A stretch of 64,000 nt of DNA, from assembly GCA_965217775.1 (NCBI GenBank), contig CBDCJH010000002.1, positions 4,064,001 through 4,128,000 on the forward strand. The letters are read 5' to 3'. How positions within the stretch are numbered: the stretch's first letter is position 1; every line of letters starts with the position of its first letter. Both the position numbers and the translations under genes were made by a program. Shown here piece by piece: positions 17,394-28,100 of this stretch. Under the pieces are notes generated by a model. The model did no database searches. It was not told the origin of the DNA and was given only the letters and a program-made list of their open reading frames with translations. This DNA is from Acidobacteriota bacterium. Its GTDB lineage: Bacteria > Acidobacteriota > UBA6911 > RPQK01 > JAJDTT01.

Positions 17394-19160
17394 CGCCATA
17401 GTGCGCCGCGGCAAGCACGCGTTCGAGGCGATCGTCGATCTCACCGCGGACCAGGTTGCATCCTGGTCACCGCTGACGGACGTCCAGCCGAACTGGACTG
17501 AAAAGGATTTCAAAGCTGTAGTCGACAAAGTGCTGGAACACCCGGACTTCATCTCCGGGCTCGCGGCTCGCGGAATCACCGACCCTACGTTCCTCGACTG
17601 CAGCACGGGACCGCCGGGCTACTTCGGAACGGAGGAAGAGCGCGGTCGGCGCATTGGCAACGTCCGGTGCTCCGAGCCCCGCGGAGTCCGAAACACTTGG
17701 ACGCGGCAGGTCGAGGGCCTGTCTGCGGTGGTCGATCTCGACTCGGAGGAGGTGCTGCGGGTCGTGGACGACGGTCCCGTCCCGATCACCAGCACCGACG
17801 GCGACTTCGACCGCACGACGCTCAAACGCCCCCGCGAGGTTCCGGGCCCGCTCGACACGCGTCAGCCGCTCGGTCCCGGATTCGAACTCGACGGGTACCG
17901 GGTACGTTGGCAGAACTGGCGATTCCACCTGCGGCCCGACCAACGCGTCGGTGCGGTCCTCTCACTGGTGAGCTACCAGGAAAAACCCGGGGGACCAGCC
18001 CGATCAGTGTTGTACCAAGGGCATTTGTCAGAAATATTCGTTCCTTATATGGACCCCTCGTTCGGATGGTACCGACGTAACTTCCTCGACGCCGGCGAAT
18101 TCATGGCCAGCGGGTTGGCGAAGGCTCTACTTCGCGGCCGTGACTGTCCCGACTACGCCGCGGATCTCGACACCGTGATCAGCAACGAGAAGGGCCGCCC
18201 GCGAACAGTGCCGGACACGATTTGTGTTTTCGAGAGGGAAACGGGTGATCCTGCTTGGCGCCATTGGTCTTCCGAGCTGCCGGACAGTCGGCGGAGCCGC
18301 GACCTCGTCGTGCGCGTTGGCGCCGTAGTCGGCAACTACGATTATCTGCTCGACTGGATCTTCCGCCAGGACGGTGCGATCGAGGTGCGCGTGGGTGCCA
18401 CCGGTATCCTGGAAGTAAAGGCAACCGAGGCGGAGAACGCATCGCAGGCAGAACCGGGCGCCGATGCCTATGGCCGATTCGTGGATCGCAATATAGTGAC
18501 GGTGAATCACGACCACTACTTCAGCTACCGCCTCGACCTGGACGTCGACGGAACCAATAACCGCTTCGTCACCGACCGCCTGGTCACGCGGCGGCTGCCC
18601 GAAGGGCACCCCCGCCGCAGCCTGTGGGTCCGGTAGGAGCAGGTCCCGGCCAGCGAGCACGACGCGCGCCTCGACATCGACTTTGAACGTCCGGCTCTGT
18701 GGCGTGTTCTCAGCAACGACCGGCGAAACTCCTCCGGCTATCCAACGAGCTTCCAGGTGTTTCCCGGCAGGAACGCCAACGCGCTACTGTCGGAAGACGA
18801 CTACCCGCGTCGGCGCGCCGGCTTCATCGATCACCACCTCTGGGTAACGCCGCAGCGGGACGGGGAACGTCATGCCGCCGGCGATCACCCGACCTTGAGC
18901 GAGCCCGGCCAAGGGCTGCCCGCGTGGACGGCAGCCGACCGGCCGATCCGTGACACGGACATTGTCGTCTGGCACACCATCGGCATGCATCATCTACCGC
19001 GCTCCGAGGACTGGCCGGTTATGCCGACGATGTGGTACGGCTTCGAGCTTCGGCCCTTCGACTTCTTTGACCGCAACCCTGCGCTCGACCTCCCCTGAGC
19101 GCTGAAGTGCCGGCCATTCCCCGCTCGTCCGCAAGCTCCGACGATACCGGCTCCGATGCG

Positions 19161-19316
19161 CGGCAGAAGGGGACGGCAGAAGGGGACGGGGACGGCAGAA
19201 GGGGACGGGGACGGCAGAAGGGGACAGTTACGTTCTCTACTCTGGCCCGACTCTCTGAGGGGACGGGGACGGCAGAAGGGGACAGTTACGTTCTCTACTC
19301 TGGCCCGACTCTCTGA
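19161..19316 (+). repeat. stuttered cluster of hairpin-site half-sites plus a 58-bp tandem duplication
   Basis: Iterated GGCAGAAGGGGAC/GGGGAC units; 19201-19258 equals 19259-19316, each with AGAAGGGGACAGTTACGTTCTCTACTCT. Confidence 0.9.
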
Positions 19317-19406
19317 GAAGGGCAATGGATCGAAATCAAGACCCGGGGAGGAGCCGTTTTGTGGGCGGACGCCGTCGAGGTGGTCCACCGCGTCGCGGAG
19401 ACTGTC

Positions 19407-19573
19407 CTAGGAGTCTGCGCGGTAGAAATGATCGTAGCGAGAAAGTGGGGAATCGAGGCCAGATTTTCTCGATTTGGAGGTGCATGGTTGTTCTATTCGC
19501 CGAGAAATCGGGGAAATCCGGACCGATTCTACCGCTTTCGCAGTAGATCAATTTCTGCGGCGCAGGCTCCTCG
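19407..19573. mobile_element. MITE-like element family B, copy 2
   Basis: Colinear with 3341-3506; CTAGGAGTCTGCGC...GCGCAGGCTCCT. Confidence 0.85.
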
Positions 19574-19575
19574 TC

Positions 19576-20333
19576 CGCGACACCCCGACGCCGTTGGGAA
19601 TTCGTTATTCATTCACTGGCGACGGAGAGCCTGCCAAGCTGTCCATCGTCTTGGGCGGGCAGTGCGAGAGCAAACAGAGGGAGTAGCGTCCCCAGTCGCA
19701 GCCTACGGCTATGAGTGTAGCCAACCGTCCTGTGGTCTATCCTCGTGACTATGGAGATCCGTCCCGCAGCACTAGCCGATCTCGAAACCGTCGTTGAATT
19801 CAACGCGCGTCTGGCGCAGGAATCGGAAGGAGTGCATTTGGACAAGGACCGACTGAGAGCGGGGGTCGCTGCGCTGTTGCGTGAGCAGACACTGGGCCTT
19901 TACTTCATAGCGGAGTCAGAGTCCGGCCCGGCCGGGCAGTTGGCGCTGACCTACGAATGGAGCGACTGGAGGAACGGCATGTTCTGGTGGCTTCAAAGTG
20001 TCTACGTGCGCCCGGAATTCCGACGCGAAGGGGTTCTACGCGCTCTTTACGGCCACATTCTGGAGCTGGCGAAGGACCGCGGCGTGTGCGGGATCCGCCT
20101 GTATGTCGAGAAGGAAAACCGCACTGCTCAAGAGGCGTACCGACGGCTGGGAATGGCCCGGGCAGTGTTTCACATGTACGAAGTTGATTTCGTGATCGTC
20201 CGAGAGCACTAAGTTGTGACTCGATGGACGGAGTGAGGTAGGCGGACGCTGCAAGGGCGCCGCCCACAGTTTCATCGCGGCATTTCCATGCGGGCTTTCC
20301 GGCAGCAACGGACGACGGTAGCAACGTTCAAGG
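19576..20333 (+). repeat. 758-bp segmental duplication, copy 2 (GNAT module)
   Basis: Near-identical to 11189-11946; left end abuts MITE-B. Confidence 0.95.
19745..20212 (+). CDS. GNAT-family N-acetyltransferase (duplicate)
   Basis: Differs from 11358-11825 at 4 of 155 residues. Confidence 0.9.
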   Translation: MTMEIRPAALADLETVVEFNARLAQESEGVHLDKDRLRAGVAALLREQTLGLYFIAESESGPAGQLALTYEWSDWRNGMFWWLQSVYVRPEFRREGVLRALYGHILELAKDRGVCGIRLYVEKENRTAQEAYRRLGMARAVFHMYEVDFVIVREH

Positions 20334-20408
20334 CCGGGCTGGGATCCGTTCTTCACGCTGCCGATCCATAACTATTGATTATATCTCGGGCTCCATCCCG
20401 GAGTTCAT

Positions 20409-22076
20409 CTACTCATCTTCGTCTGAAGCGTCGCTATCGGCAATGGTCGCTGCCGTCCGCTCCGTCGGCAACTTTACATTCTGTGCTCTCATAAATGTCC
20501 GCTCACCATCAATTAGGGTCTCCAGCCGATCTCGGATTAGACCCACTCGGTCGCCGTTTCGTAACAAATGGACTGCTTCCGCTGGGAAGCCATGTCTGGG
20601 TAGTAGCTCCATCAGAACGTCGTCACTCAAGCCAGCCAGGGCGCCGAACGCTTGACCAACGTGGCCACTGTCGAGGAACATGCGATTCGCGGGGCTACTA
20701 AAAAGTTCCCCGATTATCCGCGAGCTGGAAAACACATATCCCACAGCCTTAGTTCCTAAGGTAGAAAGCAGCTGACCCGGATCGAGGTTGCCCTCACCAC
20801 TAAGCGCACGAGGCTGAAGCGACGCAAGGTAGAGCAAAAAGGCACGTACGCGGGCGCTTCGACCATCGAAGCGATCGGGAAACGGCCGAGCCGGTGCGTC
20901 GAAGTCTACAACTCTGAACCCAGTCCCCTTGCCCCTGGCAAGGTTTCGGATCTCGCTCAACGCTTGAGTAGCTTGCGCAGTGTTGACTCCTCCAAACCAG
21001 CCGGTGAATGACGTCACCCAGAACCAGCGGTTCAGCAACTTGACCACTTCGGCGGACGGCGTTGGGCACCACCGGAAAAACTCACCGAGCAGCACAAGCT
21101 GGAGCCCATAGGGCAGCAATCGATCGGATGTAACGCCTAGGTCCTTGAGAAAGATCAGCGCACCTCTGATTCCTTTCGCCGCGATGTCGAAGGCTTCTGG
21201 AAGCTTCGTCCGGACCTCCGGCTTGACCATGAGGTCTGCCCAGTCTTTCGCGTAGATATCTCGGTCGAGGGCTGCAAGCACCGACCTGAGAAGGAGGACA
21301 CGATCGAGATTTCCAAACCCCTTTCTGTCGAGCTCTTCCTTGAACTCGTCCAGCTTCTCGGCAAGATGGAACTCCCCTTCTCGGTAGGTCAGCGCGGAGA
21401 CCATCTCGTCGGCCGTCATCTTGCGCCCCTTGCGGTTGAGTCGGGCGAAGACTGTGACGGCACTGTCGAGGTCCGCCTCGCGGATATGAATAAGTGGGAG
21501 TTGATAGTCTCGAAACGCGTTCGCGAGGCGATCTGCCTCGTTGAGCCAGCGTAGTATCCGTATGTTGGAAACTCCCGATTCGATGATGCGGCGGCACGCG
21601 GCAAAGAATCCGACGGTGTTGAGCAGGCTCCCCATCGGGAAATGCTGTGGCTCGACCCCACCCGTGGGTGCTCGGAGGAACTCCTGGTTTTCGAGGTCGC
21701 AGTACACGCGCCAGTCAACTTGATCCACGATCGATTCCGCCTTTTCAGGTAACCGCAGCGTGCCTACGAGGGTCGACACGCGCTGCTGACCGTCGAGCAG
21801 GTAGCCAACGAGCCCATCCGGGCGAGGACTGATGTCGATCGGCCCGACGCGCTGGTTGGTCTCGATAGTTTCCTCTGTGTCCCAGACGAGGATAGAGCCG
21901 ATCGGAAAACCGCGCAAAACGCTGTCGAGCAACGCGTGCAGGTCTGGTTGCTTCCACACGAAAGCACGTTGGAACCTCGGCACGCGGATTTTTCCAGCCG
22001 CTATGCGTTCCACGAGTTTGCCCAGAAAAACAACTTCTGGGACAACCTCGGTGCGAGCCTGCCTACCGTTGGACAT
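20409..22076 (-). CDS. DUF262 (ParB-like, GmrSD-type) domain protein
   Basis: VPRFQRAFVW, DS..RGFPIGS, LLDGQQR..T, F.RLN..G motifs. Confidence 0.88.
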   Translation of the reverse strand: MSNGRQARTEVVPEVVFLGKLVERIAAGKIRVPRFQRAFVWKQPDLHALLDSVLRGFPIGSILVWDTEETIETNQRVGPIDISPRPDGLVGYLLDGQQRVSTLVGTLRLPEKAESIVDQVDWRVYCDLENQEFLRAPTGGVEPQHFPMGSLLNTVGFFAACRRIIESGVSNIRILRWLNEADRLANAFRDYQLPLIHIREADLDSAVTVFARLNRKGRKMTADEMVSALTYREGEFHLAEKLDEFKEELDRKGFGNLDRVLLLRSVLAALDRDIYAKDWADLMVKPEVRTKLPEAFDIAAKGIRGALIFLKDLGVTSDRLLPYGLQLVLLGEFFRWCPTPSAEVVKLLNRWFWVTSFTGWFGGVNTAQATQALSEIRNLARGKGTGFRVVDFDAPARPFPDRFDGRSARVRAFLLYLASLQPRALSGEGNLDPGQLLSTLGTKAVGYVFSSSRIIGELFSSPANRMFLDSGHVGQAFGALAGLSDDVLMELLPRHGFPAEAVHLLRNGDRVGLIRDRLETLIDGERTFMRAQNVKLPTERTAATIADSDASDEDE

Positions 22077-22080
22077 GAGG

Positions 22081-23043
22081 CTAGACTTCCTTCCGAATCA
22101 GGGAGATGCCACGCTCAAGGTCACCTTGTCCGCGGCTAAGAAGTTCAATCTTGGCCTGCACGTTGCAGAGATTCCAGCACTTGTACACATTCCGTCCAAA
22201 CCCACGAGAGAGGAGCGTTTGGACGGCCGAGCACAGTCCCTGAAACAGTGTCTTCTCAATCGCAGAGGGCGTTTCGGGCAAGCCATGCTTCATGTCGAAG
22301 AAGTTCTTCTGATCGTCGTTGAGACTGTCCCATGCTTCAACCAACCGGCCATGGTCTGCGCCTGCGTTCTCCCGCTCACTGAGGAGGATTCGCGGGAGGT
22401 AGTTCTCGGCCTCCCGTTTGGCCAGAACCCAGCAGGACAGACCTAGCTTCCCGCATACATGACGCAACCTTCGAGCTGTTGCGCTGCTCGTAGCGGCGGG
22501 ATCCTTCCTGCCGCTATCGATGATGGCCACCAACCGTGGGCGAAACGGGATCCCCTGCACCCGACGTTTGATCTCCTCCAGCATTTGTCCCTGGCCGCCC
22601 AAGCTGTCAATTCGGATAGGATCTCCATTCTGATTCCACAGGCGAAAAAGGACTTTGTCGAGCTCCTTCACGACGCGCTTCACGAACGCACCATCACTGA
22701 TCCGATTCTCGACCAGAATCACGAACGGTTCCTCGGCAAGGCGGGTAGCGTTCTCTGGCTCAAGTTCATCCCCAGCAGCTGGATCTGCCGTTACGCGTAC
22801 GCGTCTCCCGTGCGGGGCCAAGGTCCAGGCACTACGCCGGATCGATGCGACGAGTAATTGGCGCACCCAATCGCCTTGGGTTCCACGGTCACCAATCCAC
22901 GTCGTGGCCTGGAAGGCATTGGGATCCAACTGACACGTTGTGTCCCACACGTGCCAGCCATCTTCGATCTTGTACAGAATACGATCCAACCAACTGTGGG
23001 CATCCGGATCATTCGCTGCGCTGAAGTCGATCTCGATGCGCAT
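22081..23043 (-). CDS. putative TOPRIM-like nuclease/effector
   Basis: ILVEN..SD, GG.G, IIDSG (DxD-like) and REAENYLP motifs resembling OLD/DUF4435-type TOPRIM domains; tightly linked to both neighbours. Confidence 0.6.
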   Translation of the reverse strand: MRIEIDFSAANDPDAHSWLDRILYKIEDGWHVWDTTCQLDPNAFQATTWIGDRGTQGDWVRQLLVASIRRSAWTLAPHGRRVRVTADPAAGDELEPENATRLAEEPFVILVENRISDGAFVKRVVKELDKVLFRLWNQNGDPIRIDSLGGQGQMLEEIKRRVQGIPFRPRLVAIIDSGRKDPAATSSATARRLRHVCGKLGLSCWVLAKREAENYLPRILLSERENAGADHGRLVEAWDSLNDDQKNFFDMKHGLPETPSAIEKTLFQGLCSAVQTLLSRGFGRNVYKCWNLCNVQAKIELLSRGQGDLERGISLIRKEV

Positions 23044-23048
23044 CGAGT

Positions 23049-24281
23049 TTATCCCGCTGGCCGAGCGGCGCGCCGAATGGCCAGGATCTCCTCATAGTCC
23101 TCGATGAAGACGCCATCCGGCCAGCTGTCCAATTCACCACTCTCGCTCATTCTGATTTTCCGCAGAATTGATCCACGCCCTGGCTCCGTGCGAACCCAGT
23201 AAACAATGATATTTTCGGCCGGCAGTCGCCCCTCCGCAATCCAGCGTCTCGCGCGGAGTAGGAACATCTCCGAGTGAGTCTCGACGACCAGAGGCCGGGC
23301 GGGTCCTGCGAGGTTATCGAGCAAAAGCTCCGCGATATCCGCGTGGGCTGCTGGATGGAGCTCAGCCTCCGGATGCTCGATGATGTCGACACCCGGCCCT
23401 GCCTTGCGGGCCGTCAGTGCCGTCACCACGACCGGCAGAACATGCGAGAGCCCCTGGCCCGATTGCACGAGTCGCACGTTGGCGTCGCGGGCCGGCGCTC
23501 CAACCACTAGTTCAGAGTAGATGCCCTGCGCCACAACATCGATACTCACCCCGAAGGTCCTGCGATACCATTCCCGAACGGATTTTCTCAGCTCATCGTC
23601 CGCCGCCAGCGCCAGGGGCGTATCCTGCCCGTTCGGCCCAAGAACCCTAGGCGAGTGTTCTACCCTGGTGAACGGCGACGCGAGAAGGCTACGTGGGCAC
23701 TGCAAATAGCGAACGCCGCGGGCCCAAGCTCTGAGGGCATCGACTTGCGCACCGGCCCAGTTCGCAAGATTGCCCGGATGGCCGGGGATCAGCCCTCGCC
23801 AACCGATCTGCCGCGGGGCCTGCTCCGCTCCCGAGACACAAACTTGGTAGGGGGATCGTTCGTCGAACCCTTGCCGTTGCACCACGATCTCATCGCCGCC
23901 TCTCCTGAGGCTCCAGTGCGAAATCTGGCGCTCGGATGGCCGGGCCGGCGCTACCACATTCCGAACGGTGGCCGAGAGCGATAACTCGCTGCTCCCGTCC
24001 GCTAGGCCGGCGGACAATCTCAGCCGACCATGCACGGTGCGCCCGGTCACTAAGTCCTCGAACGTCTCCCCGTGGCGGATTCCACCAGACTCCAGCGGAA
24101 GCGGCTCCAAGGTGTCCTCCCCTAAAGGGGCCAAGCCGCCCGCTAACAACTGAATCGCCTGAGCCAGAGCCGTTTTACCCGAATTATTGGATCCCACCAG
24201 GATGGTCAGAGGAGCGAGTTCCACCTTGGCCAACTCAGCGTAGCCCTTATAACGTTCGACACTGAACTCTCGGAGTTCCAT
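23049..24281 (-). CDS. AAA_15/AAA_21 ABC-type ATPase with C-terminal DUF3696
   Basis: Walker A GSNNSGKT, SGQG signature, IEHPEAELHP, VETHSE, terminal GELDSWPDGVF. Confidence 0.88.
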   Translation of the reverse strand: MELREFSVERYKGYAELAKVELAPLTILVGSNNSGKTALAQAIQLLAGGLAPLGEDTLEPLPLESGGIRHGETFEDLVTGRTVHGRLRLSAGLADGSSELSLSATVRNVVAPARPSERQISHWSLRRGGDEIVVQRQGFDERSPYQVCVSGAEQAPRQIGWRGLIPGHPGNLANWAGAQVDALRAWARGVRYLQCPRSLLASPFTRVEHSPRVLGPNGQDTPLALAADDELRKSVREWYRRTFGVSIDVVAQGIYSELVVGAPARDANVRLVQSGQGLSHVLPVVVTALTARKAGPGVDIIEHPEAELHPAAHADIAELLLDNLAGPARPLVVETHSEMFLLRARRWIAEGRLPAENIIVYWVRTEPGRGSILRKIRMSESGELDSWPDGVFIEDYEEILAIRRAARPAG

Positions 24282-24587
24282 TGCCGAATTACCATAGCAA
24301 CTCGTGGCAGAAGGGGCCAACTGTAAGGTGTCGGCTGTCGCCGCGTTTGTCACGCAGGGTTTGCAGCTGTACCTCATCGCTCTGGGGCCAATGGGAGCTC
24401 CACGACCTATAGGAGGGGCTCACCGCATACGTGAAAGCCGCCCGGACCGATCAAGACTCCAAAGCCACGCGACTGTTCCAGGCCGCCTCGAACAGCCGGC
24501 ACCAGCGCGTCACCCGCAACATCGTCGATCGAATCTCGGTCTGAGGGTGTGGTTTGGACCCCAAGGGGGAGGGGGGAAGATTTCCCG

Positions 24588-24870
24588 ATGGGGAACGTGG
24601 AGGATTCCAACACTCCGTATCAGGAACGGGGGCAGCGGCTGTACCAGGTCCTGTTCGGTCCTGGATGGAAACGGGTTCTCCGCAGCACGGCCTGCTTCAA
24701 CGTGTGCCTCTTTCGCACCCGCAGCGCCCAGGATCTGGTGGCCATGGTCAGTGGTACGTGAAGATCCTGTTGCACCTGGCCCCCATGCTCATTATCTGCA
24801 GCGGAAATGGGCTGGGTCGGTCCCCCTGGGCAGTGATCCAACGCTACTTCAGGATGGAAATTGTGCGTGA
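24588..24870 (+). pseudogene. frameshifted gene remnant, possibly uracil-DNA-glycosylase-like fold
   Basis: Protein-like segments in two frames (PYQER..ACFNVCLFRTRSAQDL / LAPMLIICSGNG..SPW); weak. Confidence 0.25.
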
Positions 24871-25123
24871 GCGGAGAGTGGATACGGGGGCCCGGGGCTC
24901 ACGCCAAGTCAAGGAAGGCCGCCTGCAGCGAGCGAGCCCCGCTGGCCGGGACCCGGGTGTGGGGGTGCCTTCCCTTAGTCCTCAGCAGGCCTTCCTGTGG
25001 AAGAACGAGGCGCAACGGTCGCTGCTTCGTGAGATCTGAACTCAAAGCCCGTGGCTCCGCCTCTCTGAGGGGGAGTGACCCGCCCCGGCCATCCGGGCAC
25101 GGGATCCTCAAAGAGGCAGTGTT

Positions 25124-28100
25124 TCAGCCGTCCAGGATGTCTTTCAACATCTTGCCGGCTGGTGATTTGTCCGCCGGCATTATGAACTCCGGAGGAGTAA
25201 ACAGGGGGTTGCCCGGTGACCAGAGTTCCAGGCTTTCGGCATGCGCCTCATAGTATGCCGGATCGGTCGCCACCCGGACGGGTTTGTCCATGCCCGGTTT
25301 GAGCACACTGTATTCGCGCTTCCCCAGCCGTTGAACCTCGAAGCCGGGCGGCATGAGATCGGGCGATCTGATCACCCGGTCGAGGTCTTCCATGGTCACC
25401 GGTGACGGCGCTTGTTTTGGCACCGTGAGGTCGCTTTCCGTCACCGCGTCGATATCGAATCCCCGGCTCTCGGCTGTCTCCGCCTGGTGCTTGATGGCGT
25501 CCACGACATTAGCGCGGGACCGAGCATTCCGGTTTTCTCCGGACAACACGGTTCGCGAAATCATCTGCGGCAATCGCGCCAGAATCGGCTGCAAGCGGCC
25601 GACCACTGACTCGAACAGGCCGATCCGGCTCCTGAGTGCCCGGTAAACGTCAGTTTCGACCGTGCCCTCGTAGTGCAGATTGACAATCCGGATGATCTTG
25701 TGCCGTTGGCCCAGGCGATCGATGCGGCCAATGCGCTGTTCCACCCGCATGGGATTCCACGGCATGTCGTAGTTGATAAGGGTGCCGCAGAACTGGAAGT
25801 TCAAGCCTTCGGCGGCGGCGTCCGTACACAACAGGATGTCGGCCTCACCGGCGCGGAACCGCCGCTTGGCTTCGTCGCGGTCGATCCCGCGCCAGCTACC
25901 GTCGGCGGTGGGGATTTCCCCTCCCCGTCCCGAAAAGCACATCAACCTCAAATCGGCGTTCTTCAGAAGTTCTTCACGCAGGAAATCCATGGTGTCAGTG
26001 TATTGGGTGAAGACCATTGTCTGGCGGTATCCGTCTTGGCGCAGCTCATGAAGGATGTCTTTCAGGCTATGGAGCTTGCTATCCGGCGGCAGTCCGCCGA
26101 TGCGTCCAAGGAGTTGCTGAATGTCGGCCTCCTCCTCGGCGGCGAGAGCTTGGCGCGTCAGCTCTTCGACCTCATCGGCATCCGGGACGTCATCCAGGCC
26201 TTCATCCTCCGTTGCGTCTTCATCCAGACCCATCAATTGCACCTGCTCGGCGGCGGCAATGGCGTCGAGATGGTTCTGAAGCGTCTTGTGCAGGGCGTTG
26301 AAACTGCTGGCGAGCCGGCGGCGGTAGATGGTCATGACGAACCCCACCGCGGAGCGCTTTTTGGCGCTGGCCTGATTGTAGGTGCTGGCAATGTAGTCCT
26401 CGACGCCGTCATAGAGTGCCCGCTCCTCCGACGTCATCTCCAGGAAGCGATCCTCGACCTTCCGCTCGGCGATCGGTGTGGTCAACAGGCCGGCCTTGAA
26501 ATACCGCCGCAGCAGGTCGCGAGTGTGCCGTGAAAGCAGTTTGCCAAGCGCAGTGTTTGCCCGCACGATCTTGACTGCCGCCTGCCGTTCCTTCGTTTCC
26601 AACTGACGGCGTGGAATGCTGGCGTCGTCACGCAACGCGCGGAGCACCTTGTTGACCTTCAGACGTGACAGGGCGACGAGGTCTTGCGCTTTCTCTGTCG
26701 TGGTTTCGCCAAAGAAACGTTCGATCGACTGAAACAGCCGCGCCATGCGCTCCAACGCATCCGAGGCCGGGTTCACTCGCTCAATGTCGTCGAAAAATCC
26801 GAGGAACGCCTCGGCGGTCCACTCCGGCGGCAGGCCCAGCAGGTGCACCAGATCCCAGACTTCGATGGGATGAACCTGCATCGGCGTCGCTGTCAGCAAT
26901 ACCAAGCCTTGCGTGCGGTCCTTCAGTCCCTGCATCAGCCGGAGCAGCGCGTTTGGCCCGCCCTGCTGCGGGCTTCCCGCGGCTCGGCGGCGAGCATGGT
27001 GGGCTTCGTCGAGCACCACCAGATCCCAAGGCTCGGTTTCCTCCAGAAGCGCCGCCGCGCGGTCGCGCCGGCGCACCAGGTGACTTGACGCAATCACCAC
27101 CGGTTGGCGATGCCAAGCGTGCCGGTCGACATTGCACTCGTTCTTCCCACGGTACGCCGGGGAGGGATACCAAGTCAGTTTGCGGCCATCGTAGATGGGC
27201 CAATTGAGATTGAATTTTTCGCGGAGTTCAACTTGCCATTGTTTGAGGATGGCCTTGGGTGCCAGGATCAGGATCCGCTTGGCGCGCCCGGCAAGCCACG
27301 CTTGGCGCAGCAGCATGCCGGCCTGGATGGTCTTTCCGAGGCCGACCTCGTCGGCAATCAGCAAACGAGGCGGCCAATCACGGTAGAGGCGTTCAAACGC
27401 TCTCACCTGGTGCGGCCAGGGGATGATCGTCGAGGTGGCTTCGCCGACGCGCGCCCCTCCCTGCGGCAGTGAAGGCGCCCGCTGGATGAAAGACCAGACG
27501 CGGCTTCTCAGATCGCCGCCGGGCGATTCCATCGGTTTTGTAGGCGGCTTCGCCTCGGGCTCCGGATTCTCCGGAGAAGGCTTGGCGGACTTTGGTTCGG
27601 GCTTCTTGAGGCGGGCGGGTAGATCACTCGCCGGCATGAACCGCATCAGGTCCTGGCGCACGGCATCGGGCACGTCGAGCACGATCACACGGTGCGCTTT
27701 GTTGGCCCAGATCTGTGCGAAGTTGGCCTCCTCATCGGCGACCCTCCGGGGTTCCGACCCCCAGCTCGTGTAGACGTTGATGCTCTCCCAGTTGTCCCGC
27801 CAGCCGGCCGCCGTCTCATTCAGGCTGCCGTTCCAGGCGATCTTGTCGCTGACCCGATCCTCAATGATGCCGGCCTTCTCATGAAAGATGCCGTCGGCCG
27901 GGATCGGCTTCCGGTTCGGATCGCAAGGGACGGCCACCTTCACGTCCAAATAGCCTCGTGCGACCATCCAGGCCAGCAGTTCCAACGCATCCGATGATGC
28001 CGGATCCGGCGGGGCCAGGGGGAGGCTCGTCAAACGCCGTTCGACCAGGTCGCGAAGCTGCTCGCCTTTTTCGATCGCCTCGATCTCGGGCGGCTGCAGG

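Larger units (their letters stand above)
17047..19098 (+). pseudogene. tynA: copper-containing primary amine oxidase (TynA-like), disrupted
   Basis: GNYDY TPQ motif, NHDH and HH Cu ligands, EDWPVMP, PFDFFDRNPALD; in-frame TAG at 18634-18636, 162-bp MITE at 17230, N-terminal domain partly replaced around the hairpin site at 17111. Confidence 0.85.

Noticed and set aside
18634-18636. Pyrrolysine or programmed readthrough in the amine oxidase
   Set aside because: No pyl genes in the window, the position is not catalytic and the gene has other lesions; a nonsense mutation is simpler.
19161-19316. Repeat cluster as a mini-CRISPR
   Set aside because: The intervening sequences are identical duplicates, not distinct spacers.
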